This document shows positions 11,796 to 24,052 of a stretch of DNA of 64,000 bases, piece by piece. Position 1 is the stretch's first letter. The number at the start of each line of letters is the position of its first letter. Both the position numbers and the translations under genes were made by a program. Origin of the DNA: Callorhinchus milii (Eukaryota); NCBI RefSeq assembly GCF_018977255.1, contig NW_024704742.1, positions 125,304,001 to 125,368,000 on the forward strand, given 5' to 3'. The notes under the pieces are model-generated. The model saw only the letters and a list, made by a program, of their open reading frames with translations, did not search any database and was not told where the DNA came from.

Positions 11796-12663
11796 ACTAT
11801 AAGCAAAAGAGTTCTGACGAATGTTTTAGTCAGACCGCTCTAAATGTAAATGTAAACAAGGCAGTATGAATCCTAGAGTTTGCCATTACAAACCATGATT
11901 AATTACTTTTCAGAAATAGTTGTGGCAAAATGTTAATCTGGTAAAGTAAGAGAAGATGTGCAATTAAGTTACAATTTGAGATTTACAAACACAATTGAAA
12001 CAGCAATTTGATGCACACTATCAGCGCTGTATACTGATATGCTTGCAGTGATGAGAATTATCTTACCTATTTATACTGGTATGAAGGCTATAATGACAGC
12101 TTGTGAAACCCAATCCAATGGGACAAAAGTCATCATGTAAAGTAGCTGTTCAACTCTCCTGAGTGGCAATACAGCGGTATAGCAAGCAGCCTGTGCTCTT
12201 CATCATCCTCAGAGAGCAATTATTTTCCTAAGGCGATAAATATAGGAGGGTCTATTTCGGTTACAGTCTGGTTCTTTGTCATTCTTAATGGCTTTGGTGT
12301 ATCTTGCTACACCTATCCATCGGTTTGTCTTTATCTCGCTCTGTGAGTGTCCCAGTGCAGTGCAGGAATGCAATGTAATACCACGAATACCGGGTTACTT
12401 AAACAATGATTGACTATTTAAAAATACTTTCTATTTGTTCCATGTAATCAAGCAAGCACTGACACTTTATACCCGATTTTATGTCAAGCGGTACAATAGA
12501 AACATAGATTATATTAAATGCCCTGCGACTGCAAAAACAGCATCAGATTTACTGCTTAGGAAGTTTAAAGGTAATGTACATCGGACAAGGCGAGGGTGAG
12601 TCGTGGGCATTTTTGTGTATGGAGATTCAATAATTTGTCAAAATTAATAGATAGAATTATATA

Positions 12664-12694
<31 letters not shown>

Positions 12695-15600
12695 CATTTG
12701 ACCACGGTGCAAATATAATAGTGCCTCCCAGATTTGAGACATCTATATTGCACTGATCTGAGGCATTGAACTTTTTAATCTATCTTTCTTTCTCTATGCT
12801 TTCTGAGCCGACTGCTGCCTACTTAACCAAGGCATGTATTCATATGAGACAGGGAGTTAGTCTTACATGTGCTGTTCTATATTTAATGCGAAGCACTGTC
12901 TCACTGAGTGATATTAAAATAGCACCGATGACAGACGCGGTCATGAAATATAATGTTTGGTGGCTTTGTGTGATAACCTATCAGCAAAATTTACATTGCA
13001 ACTTTCCTTATTTGATGCCAGAGAGGAAAAAAAACCAGTTCTCGCTTTGTCGCGGCGTCGTGTTTATTTGGGGCTCAGTTGATAGATGCGATTTCAAACG
13101 CCCCACTTTCTGAACTCGCCGCGTTGTTTCTGCACCTCGCAAAAGATGTGCTCCCGCCTTCCCGTGTCCCGGACAGAGGGGCACTTCAGCTTTCAGTTTC
13201 ACGTCGAGAAATAAAAGGTTTCAGGAACAATTCCTGCGATAAACGTCGCGACGTGGGAAGAGGCTCGTGTTGTGCGAGTAGAAAGGCGTGACCATGTGTG
13301 GTTTTACCAGGCGTTATTCGGAGCCATCCCGTGCTTTCCCTGCTCTGGGGGACATTTGTGCACGGTCCATATTGGGGAAGTTAACTCCAGAATCCATCCT
13401 TGACTGCAATCACACTCGGACTCTTGTGCAAACCGAGATTTGCAGATGCCAGTTAACACGGGCAAACGTTTGGGAAGTTTGTGCCAATTAATATTCACGT
13501 TTGCCATATCTGTTGCTAATATGGCACAGGGATGGCGGATAGTGTGCAATAAATGAAAAGGAATAAAACAAATCTTTCACTCCAGCTTTCCATTGCATTG
13601 ATCTCAAATCCATGTGATTTGAAGCGTTACTTTCTGCATAAGATCACCTGGCGATAGGACTGAATATTGAATTAAATGGATATTGGATGCACGCGAGACA
13701 AAATCACAAAGGTGTCACTACGCTGGTTTGCAGCGGTGTTTAATTTATACAAAAATAAAATAAGTTCGAAGTTAAAGCAAACCTCGACAGTCAATGTTTT
13801 GTTCCATTAATTGTTGTCCTATATTTGTGTATGTTGTGTGCTACTGCAATGCTCAAGTGCTCCCATATCACACTGAAAACGATAACAGATCCACATCGGT
13901 GCAGTGTTCTTGTCTGAGTGGATACGTTTGCAATGAAAACAGTGCGGAAGAAATTAGTATCCCCTCCAGTGTGTCGGCTGCATCTCTGCGCCTGCTGTTT
14001 TTTTTCTTGATTCAGAATAGCACACGGTGCCAGGACGAATTAAACATAGGTCGCCCACAGAAAGAGTTAAGGCTTAAAATATTGTAAGTTTTTTTGGGGG
14101 CGGAGTAGATTTGAAAATAGCTTTATATACTTGTAAGCGTTTAGATAATATTGACATATCTCGTGTATTTGTTACATTGCGGCCCATTGTTAACGTGGGG
14201 AAATATGGTAGTGTTAAGGAGGATCTTTCGGGTTAGAAATATGCAAAAGTGCAACAGTTCACTATACCATTATACTGTACGAAATGCAAGGATTATTATG
14301 TTGGGTTTTAAAGTCACAATGCACAGTCCTTCCGTTGACTCAGCAAATCGTCCTGCACGTACAATATTTTTTTGTAAAATGCGATCAATGTTTCTCAACA
14401 CACTGTTGTGAAAAGCTTAATTGGGGAGGGGGGGAGGGGGGGGGAATCAGTTGGATGTGTGACACATTCGCAAACCCACCCCAGTGTAAGAGTATTCAAA
14501 CCAGACTGAGAGTTCCACAGAAAAATAGGCAGGTTTTAAAAGTGTTACACTTCAGCTAATTGTATTCCATTATTGAAATTATTACATCCTCCTCCCCCCA
14601 CTTTACGCTCTTAAAGCACTCCCCGAGGTACAGTTACATTCAACTTATTTTTACGAGGCTGCTCTTCCAATGCTTTTGCAACTTGATTTTATATGCTGAA
14701 TCTGTTTAAGAAAAATCTGTCATACAGTCTCGAATGCCACTTGGGGTTGATATTGTATTTTCATTTAATTTACTATGATATATTTCATGTGTCGAGGCCT
14801 TAACGTCACTTGCAGCACGAATTTAATTCCAAGAGATATCATTTAATACAGACAGTAAAGTGAGATTACTTCGCATCCTTCAAAGACATACTTGTTGCAA
14901 TATCTCGGGTTGAGAGAAACATCCGGTGCCTTTATCCTGGGAGCAATAGGTGCCTGAAACGCGAGCCTGATTCCCACAAGATTGCTTTATAAGGCATTTC
15001 TGACACGGGAGCGGAAGAGCGGAGATTGTTTTGGCAAAAAAAAATCACGAAAAAAACAATGTTGGAACTGCAGAGCAATGCACTCTAAACTCGGAAGTGC
15101 CTTTCACAAGTACGAGATCCAAAGGTAACTGAAAGCGTAGCGTATTGTGGCTGGTGACTGTATAACCATTCACTGGGGATGTTGTGAGTCAGTCTGCGTG
15201 TGCTGTTAAAAGACATTTTCACGTTGCTGCTCTGTGAGACCATGGACAGACAGCCCATTTGAAAGGTAGTACAGTAGATTTGTACCCAGCCCACCGTACA
15301 CACATTAATGACTGCTGCTTATCACTGCTTCACATTAAACATTGTTTTACTGGGAGATCTGCAGCTGCACCCATTACAATAAAGCAGCTGAACTGCACGG
15401 GTTTAGAACAAAGCTGGTCACTGGCGAGCTGACTATTTAGGGGAATTGAGTCAAAGGAATAAAATTAAAACACCCCAAAGTGTTTAAACGTCCGGCCTAA
15501 TGCGCAGTATTTATTAACCTATAACCCGTGTTGAATATATAAAAAACAACGTCGCCTTTCATTTCTAAACCCATATCTGTACAACTTAAAATGCAATAAT

Positions 15601-18600
15601 TTACTGGAAAATAAATAGCATAAATAAATAAATGCTTGCTTGCTACGTTAATATAGGAAACTCAATTGAAATTGAGCAGAAAAATCTCAATGGTCGAAAT
15701 GGAAACCTTGTGTTTTTTTACGGTGACAGACATGTCAGCCCCAGCTCAGTGCATTGTGGAAAAGGTTCACCAAACCGAAGTGAAAAATATGTTTTTAAGA
15801 GTTGAAAAGACTGCCAGGGAGAGGGTCTGGTGGGGTAAGTAAACTGTGTCAGTGAGAGCTGTGGGTCCCCTTGTCCCGGAATGCCAACTCCTTGCTCTGG
15901 GCATTGAGAACCTCTCTGCTGATTCCGTTCTCAGATAAGGAGCCGCCGAGAGTCCAGCTCTGTCTAGACGTGAGGACCTCACAAGTCAAACTTGTTTTGA
16001 TTAGGCTCAGAGATACACCAACCTGTTTCAAACGTGATCAGCAACCAACCTCCCCCCCCCCCACACACACACTCACTCACTCACCCATCTTAAAAATGGT
16101 AACAAGAAACAAAACAAATCATCTTCCTTTTGGTGCAGTTTGCTTCTTCCCTGAGGCTGTGGATGTCACTAAGGGGGATTTGTTATTTTCGCTTCTGTGT
16201 GAGATCTCCTTATAGACAGACACACAGAGAGAGAGAGAGAGAGAGAGCCCCGAGGCTGGAAACACAATTAGTGAAGTTTCTCATCTTAAAACCGGGCGAT
16301 TTTTCGGAAATAGACACCGATCTAAAGTTAATCGTTTCCCACCAAACCAAATGATTTGAAACGGTATCACTAACAATTAGTTTTACTGATGTATTGTAAT
16401 GTGTAACACACACTGGTGGAATGGACGGCGATTATTAGCCGTTTCCATGTGTAATAATGTTACAGAGCATAGGAGACGAAGGAGATTGGATCCAGCTGCC
16501 AATTTGAAAGTTCCATATATTTTAAGTAATGTAAGTATTTATCCTGGGAATCGTTTGTATTGAATTTAGGAAGAAAAACACAACAGCGTTGTTTCTGGCG
16601 CTGGAGCGTTGAGTGTTGCAGAAATATCCTACTGTATGTAGCCTCATTAGAATATCTGTCATTATCTGTCAAAAGCTCTGGGTTAACGTACTCAACACAT
16701 AATTACGTTCCAGTTGTCTGCGGGGGTAATAATTATATATTTTCAGTTAAAATTAAAGAGCCAGCTATGCGTTTTAAGTAAACACAACACTGATCACATT
16801 AGCAAAGAGCTGACTTCAAAATACCCATGGCCCACAGCAGAAAAGTGGGTGGGTGGATTGGTAACTATTTTAGTGCAATGCAATTATATTAATAAAGAAA
16901 TAATTGGAAGCATTTTATAAGTAAGAGAGTTTTATATATACATATATATAAACAAATCCCGCTCCCCCGTGTAATGAGCAAGTTTCGGTGGGAAGTCTTG
17001 TACGTTTGAACTGTAAAGTAATCGTTCATCAAGCGGCCGAGTGCTGGGGCTGGAGTTTGCTTTTGTGGCGCCTGAACTCAAACATTGTCGGTCAGTGGCT
17101 GGTTTCCCCTGTGCGTGTGTGTGTGTGTGTGGGGTGGGGGAGAGACAACACTGCAAACAGGAACCACCTCCATAGTAGGCCACTAGCCATAGACACACCA
17201 CAACATCAAATAGATCCTTACAATACGGGGCATTCACAATAACCCACCCCTCGCACATTTGTTTTAAAAACACAATCGACACTAATGCATCTTTGCATGG
17301 ACTGCAGCGGGATGAGTTGCTATCTCGTTATTTGTGCTCATGAGCTTCAATTGGTGGTGGGGGGGGGGGGGTAAAATGTTCCCGATCACTCCACCCAAAA
17401 CTGTTTCGTTTAACATGAGCTATCAACGTAATGCAATATTGTTCCAAAAAATATTAATGCCGAATGGATCTCCCCCCCCCCCCCCATCCGCTTTTTTTCA
17501 TTCACAAATAGCTGAATGGTAAATAGTTGCAAAACAATTAATTCTTTAGTACAAATAATCTGATACATGTCGCACACGTGCACACCATACGCATACAAAA
17601 CGCATACTTTATTCTGGGAGGATAGTGTAAATTATTATGCATTATTAATAATTATGTAAATTGTAAAGTGCAGTAATTTCTGGCTTCTTTTTCTCAGTCC
17701 ATTGAATTCATGATGGGAGAGTTCACCATTATAGCTGAAGAGTAAACGCCTCTCTCTCTCTCTCTTTCTCGCTCACTCTTGAATCTTGGAGCCGTTTTAC
17801 ATGAAACCACCTCCATAGTTTACTTATTCAGCATATACACATTTCCCATTATTACTACCCATAGATAACCCGCCCAATCGCCTAAAGGTGTAATGAATTG
17901 CGGGGATTTCATGCGGCATGCCTTAATGAAGTCTGTTTCCTTTAACTCCTGTCATCATTTACCCTTCCTTCCCCGTGGACACACCAATGACTTTGTGAAC
18001 GTTAGTCACCTCCAGCCATAACCCCGTTAAACCCAGTTAGGCAATTCCCTCCACCTCGTTATACAATAGCGTCATTCTGCTACCGGCGGCCCTTCATTAC
18101 ATTATAGTTAGGAACAAAGTAAGTTATGGATGGATGGGGATGGGTGGGGGCGGATAAAGAAGGTGACTTGGTATCTCATGAGCTGTCAGCCATGAATTTC
18201 AATTCAAAATACTGCATGAAGTAAGCGAAATAGGACAAACAAGGTCAAGAAGATAAGCGCAGACCGGATGGTTAGTGAAGGAGCAATTGTCTATTTTGAT
18301 GGCTCATTAGATTGATTCAGTGACTATCGAAATCATACTGATAGGGACATTCAGTTCATTCTTCCACTACTGCGATACGCGATGTATATCCCTGTTTGAG
18401 CTGCCACAGGGAGGAAAGGGTTATGCGGATGGAAACCTCAAGGAAAGGCATGTGGGATAAACTAATCTGTCTTACAACGAAATAGGTTTGTTCCCCCACC
18501 CCCTTCTATGGGAGAGAGATAGTCTGACTGTGACTTTTGGGTAGATTTAAAATAAACCTTACCAATCGACTTGTTTTATCTGCTGATTTTATGATTTCCA

Positions 18601-19859
18601 CAGTTAGTGAACATTGCCCCCATGTTCTTGAGATCTATCCACCTTAATGATAATCTTAAGGCGGATCTCAAGAAAATTAAATTGATTAATTTAAATTTGT
18701 TTTAAGGAATTGATTATTTTTGTTTATTAAAAAAAAGGAAAGGAAGTTGCCACATCGCCTGATAAAAATCAATTGGCCACAGCAGTGGGAGAGATTCTGC
18801 AGTGATGAGAGCAACTGGGAGTTCCCAATGACTGCTGGTTCCCAGGCACTGATGCCACCACAACTATTGTTCACTTAGAAATATTAACAGTTAAGTTAAA
18901 GACAACACCAATAAAATACTTTAGAGTAACCCATAAGTACATCTTGCTATTATCAATCTATAGAGATTTTTTTTAAAAAAACGATAGTGGGGTCATTTTT
19001 GAGCGGGAAATATTTACCCACCGCTAATATAAATGGGGGAACCGTTTGTTTATTTAAAGGTGTTACGTGTCATGGGAAGTGCCTTGTTAACCAGATTGCT
19101 CCAGATATAGACCAGACACTGTTCCTAACCTAAAGAATGCTTGGCTGAGAAGTGTTTGCTCGTACACCAAAAAAAAACAAATAAGGGGCATTGAAAGTTA
19201 AGCTTCCTCATATCAGACATATCATGAACCAACAACCAATGAACGATATAAATAGACTTAATGTTGCAAGAACCATCGAAACGTTGTTTTACTAAACACT
19301 GAATCATTCCAAACTTGCTGTGCTAGGTTAAGCATAACGGTGCTTGCCATTAGTGATCAATACGACATTTCTACTGAAGTATAAACTGCTTAAAATGCAG
19401 CTGACTGGATAAGTGCTCATATTTCAGGAAAATAATAACATGCAAAACAAAACCACAGACAACACGATGAAAGCATGTAAGTGTAAAGGATGTCATTTCT
19501 GCTCAGTTTCCTGAATGTTGGGCTTTTTAAAAAATAAAAATCGCACATAGAATATTATTGTTTTGACTAGTTTAATTCCATTCTTAGGCTTTAGGGTTTA
19601 CTTAAATAAAATTATTTCAAAAATGCATTTTAAAAAATATATATTTCCAAAAAGGGAAAGTATTGGAATTCACAGTTATTATCACTCATCTTAAAAATAA
19701 CTGCTAATTAAAATAATACCCTAACTTAAATTAGTGGCAATAAAATATACTGTCAATAGAATTTTAAAAATATTTTATTTAAAGTATTTTAAAAATGTTT
19801 TAAAGGCTGTTAACTTCTAAATTAATTTATCAGAATCTGTAAAAAGTTTGTGTCATTCT

Positions 19860-20981
19860 TTAGTTATCTCAAAGTTTTTATTAGTGAAATAATCCTGAAG
19901 ATATATTTCTACATATGGCAATTTTTTTTTACTATTTTACAATATCTTCAAGAAAAGACAGGACACATAAAATTAGACATGTTTTCCAAAGACCACGGTA
20001 CATCTTTTACTTCAGCAAACATAAAATGTCAAAAGACACAAAAAGTGGCAAGTCTGTCGACAATAAATAATAAATTATTTATAATTTTTGCAGTACAAGA
20101 ACAAACAAAATGTTTCTTTCCAGAGCTAAAACCGCCTTTCAAAACCGTTTTAACCAAGGAGTGTACACATCTTTGGGAAAATTCTGGACGGACACGAGTT
20201 CACACACAAATCCCACGAAGCTGTGGCAAAAAGAGGTATACCTTGTTGCAATGCTTGAGCTTTGTCAATAAAAAATAAAAAAAAATGAAATATCAGTAGT
20301 TGCCTTCATATTTTTGTTGCAGGGACTGTTATTTCACGAACCAGCTACATGCTAATGATCTAAGATCCAATAGTCCTTAGTTATAGGTCAACTAAAAGCA
20401 TTGCAAAAATGCAACTATACCTTTCAGAACTGATCCTACAGGACAGTCACTGAACTACTTAGGCTTGGTACATTCTGCATGTCACCGATTGTCTTTCCAG
20501 TCCACTTTTTGCAGATGTATAGGACTCTTTTTTTGGCAAGGCCGACCCACTGATGTCCTTTATATGCAGCATCATTGAATATGATGGGACTGTAGTCTCT
20601 CCACTGGAACATCTTATGCGTTTTTTTGTGTTCAAGACATTCAAATCACATTCCTCAGGATCACTGGAACGTACATCCTTTATTTAATATATATCTTCAA
20701 TAATATCTTTGCTTGAAGTGCCGGATGCCTGAGGAGTCTCTTGTATTTGAGCTTGTAGCCAGTTCTCACTTGTGTGTGTCTGATTGTCTTCACCATGTTA
20801 CTGGAGTACGACAGTGGTTCTTTGAATACAGAGACTTTGTGCAAATGGATGATGGCTGCTTTCTGCTCAGGCATGGACCAGGTTGCATTAACGTTTACTA
20901 AGAGTATTGGGGCCAGAGAGATTGAGATTCCAGGGTTCCTCGTGGCTCTCTGTAGGTGCTGCACTCAAGAGTTCAGGCTTC
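19860..20981 (-). other. isl1: isl1 3' UTR
   Basis: Follows the stop codon; contains blocks I recall from the mammalian ISL1 3' UTR (AAGCATTGCAACAAGG, TTTATTATTTATTGTCG..GACTTGCCACTTT, GCCATATGTAGAA..TATCTTCAGGA..TATTTCACTAATAAA). The 3' end is approximate. Confidence 0.85.
19877..19882 (-). terminator. isl1 distal polyadenylation signal AATAAA
   Basis: TTTATT on + strand at the end of the conserved terminal 3' UTR block (TATTTCACTAATAAA). Confidence 0.8.
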
Positions 20982-21098
20982 TTATGCTTCTATAGGACTC
21001 GCTACCATGCTGTTTGGTGTGTCAGGGAGTTGGGAGGACATGGACGCTACTTCACTTCCAGTGGAGTTAGAACCTGGCCCTCCCTCTGAAAAATTAAC
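20982..21098 (-). CDS. isl1: ISL1 coding exon 6 (C-terminus and stop)
   Basis: tacag|GTT acceptor; [41 protein letters not shown]. Summed CDS 28+190+257+287+168+117 = 1047 nt = 348 aa + stop. Confidence 0.97.
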
Positions 21099-22607
21099 CT
21101 GTAAAAATCATAGCACATCAATGACCTTAGCCATCTTTAAAACATGGCCATAAATCCAATGTCACGCGTACCAAGAGAACAAATCATTAAAAAAAGTTTC
21201 AATATTTATAGCCATAAATGCACAATAATTCACATTAAATTTTAACATTAAGAATGACTACCAAATTATATTTAAAAAGCGCTTTTGGTAATATAAAGTC
21301 TTTAAAGTGCTATTCATCTCTGGGCTGTAAACCAAGGTAAAATAAATAACCCAGGGGTTCTTGCAACAAAGCACATGTAGTCAAGGTTTCCTTTATCAAA
21401 GCAACATTTTAATGCTGCAAAGTAGTACAAAATAGTTTCTTCAAAAATAACGTACGGATTGATATATTGTGCAATGATTCATAATTTATTGCAAAACATC
21501 ACACATCTGTTTAACCCATTGAGCACCCTGTTTCCTTTGCAACTCAAAGTAAGAGAGCACATTTTCAGCTGCCATATATTCTATGAAAGTGCAATGACAT
21601 TATAAATAGAAAAGGCAATATGCACTTCTACAAAGTGTTTATTCTATGAAACATAGTGCAAAGGGGCCACCACAGGCCTCAACTGGTTAAACTAGAATGG
21701 GTTACAAAGTAAAGACAATTTTTATTGTACATACATAACACGTGTTCCTGGGTATACCAATGTTTCAATTAAAAAGTTCAATGTAGAAACATAGTATGTA
21801 TCACAGGGAGCTACAAATCACATACTACCATTAGATGCAGTACTGTATAAGAACTAAGGGTTTTTCCAAGACTTTATTCAAAAAAAACAAAATAACCAGT
21901 GCAGCACATACTCAAAAAAAGTGTGCAATTTTTGCAGTAATGGTAACACGAAATGTTGCATTCATTGCCATCATGCAAAACAGGATACCTTAACTTCACC
22001 TTTTACATAAAGGTTAGGTGAAATGAAGCATAATTAACTGCATTCTTCTCAGATAAGAGTTACTCATATAAGAAGGCGAGAGCAGGGGGTTTCCTTATTA
22101 CTGGTCCACTACAGTTTCAACTTTCAATGACAAAAATTCAGTAAAACAAAAGTGGCAATACCATCCATTTGTTTGGTTTCCATTAACTGTATTTTAAACT
22201 AGACTAACTCGAAACGTGCTTCACACATCCTGTCTTTCTTGAAAAAAAATCAATGCTGTTTTGAAACTGAAATACATTAGGTTTTAAAAATACGCGTTCA
22301 CCATTACTTAAAATGTCATGACAGAATCGTGGTTTAGCAGCAGTCGTTTTCACCGTCTACGCACATTCTAGCTGAAGATTTTGTGAGATTGAGAACGCTT
22401 GGGTAAACAATATAGATTTTTTTCTACTTGTCTTGATGGTCGACAAATTGGAAAATGCTAAGGCTGACAAAAGAGTGATTCTGCAACTTTTATATCCATG
22501 AATTGTCTATATAAGGATTGGTGTGTAGCAGGTCCCCTGACTGCAGTGATTTCTGGTGCAGTCTGTGTTGTGATGGTGATGGTGTTCTGCATGTTGCTGG
22601 CACTCAC

Positions 22608-22775
22608 CAGTTGCTGAAATGCAGGCTGTTCTATATCACTCTGCAGTGCGAAGTCACTCAGGACTTTCCAAGGCGGTTGGTAACTCTGCACCTCAACTGG
22701 ATTGGCTTGCAAACTGCTGTCGTGTCTCTCTGGGCTGGCAGCCACCATTGGGGTCCCTGTCATCCCCTGGATATT
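22608..22775 (-). CDS. isl1: ISL1 coding exon 5 (Lhx3-binding region)
   Basis: ttgcag|AAT acceptor, CTG|gtgagt donor; 168 nt; [56 protein letters not shown]. Confidence 0.97.
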
Positions 22776-23765
22776 CTGCAAATAAGCCCAATGGTACTTA
22801 TTACTGAGTCGCATTAACACAGTGTAAACCTCAACACAGCCTTCAGTAATGCATAGCATCGCCCAATGTTACCACTTCAAAATTCCATGTCAACTGCGTC
22901 TTGCAATCACCTGGCCCAAGTGCAGTGCATAATCTGTAGTGTAACCTCACTCTCACGTTGTGTACAAGGCGAGAACACTTCACATGTCGGAGCAGTAAAA
23001 CAAATAGCGAGAGAACTGGTGAACTGCAACACTGGGTAATAATGCTCCCTTCAAAATAGATAATTTATGTTAAAAAAAGAAATTTCACGTGATTGTAAAT
23101 AGTCTGTTTACAGTATAAACCCAGATCTCCAATTCCGAAGACATGTTTATCATACACATTTATATATAATATTATTTCATAATCAGTATTGTAATTCTAA
23201 TACTGGTTTACATTTTTTTAAAAATTAACAAAAAGGGGTTGATTTAGGTGAGGCAACCTCAAGTCTGTTGAATCTGTAATTCAATAACAAATGGAGGAGG
23301 GGTACTAAATAGAATGGTGATGGTAAAATATAACTGTTCTTGAGAACTGCCCTGAAATGGAAACAGGACTTAAAATATATATATATATTCGTAAAGCCAT
23401 GAGACATGTTCCGAATATCAACTCATCACCATAAAGTAACACTTAGGCGCCCAAACACACCTCTAGGTCAACGCTCACTGGAAAAGGAGAGCTTGATCTA
23501 AGAGGAGACACCAAAACTATCCCCCCAAACAATTGAATTGGGGGGTGCGGCAGCCTTTGCTATCGACATGTCGCGGTCAGTGCTACACATCCTTCTCTCT
23601 CCTCAAGACACACACACACAAAAAAAATCTGATGAGATGAGCAGTGAGACAGACCCTTGCTTTTTGAGCGCATGTGTCAACATTCCCAGAGAAAATAACC
23701 CGTCCCAAGGAGACAATGACATGTCAAAGTTTCGATGGATGTTCCAGGAGCACAAAGACACTTAC

Positions 23766-24052
23766 TGTTTTGTCGTTGGGCTGCTGCTGTTGCAGTTGTT
23801 TCATCAGGATAGTCTTTTTTTTGTCCTTGCAGCGCTTGTTTTGAAACCAGACCCTAATGACACGGGGGCTCAAGCCTGTCATCTCCACGAGCTGTTCCTT
23901 CATAAGGGCATCAGGCCGCGGGTTGGCTGCATAGCAAGTCCGTAACGTGTGGAGCTGTTTCTCGTTCAGAACTGTCCGGACCCGAGTCGTCTTCTCGGGC
24001 TGTTTATGAACATGTGGCCTCAAGGCAGGTTGTCTGGCAGAAATAGGTTCTG
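23766..24052 (-). CDS. isl1: ISL1 coding exon 4 (homeodomain)
   Basis: ttacag|CAGAAC acceptor, ACA|gtaag donor; 287 nt; [80 protein letters not shown]...NDKT. Confidence 0.98.

Noticed and set aside
23538..23945. Antisense 135-aa ORF over exon 4
   Set aside because: Shadow ORF typical of the strand opposite a homeobox; no independent support.
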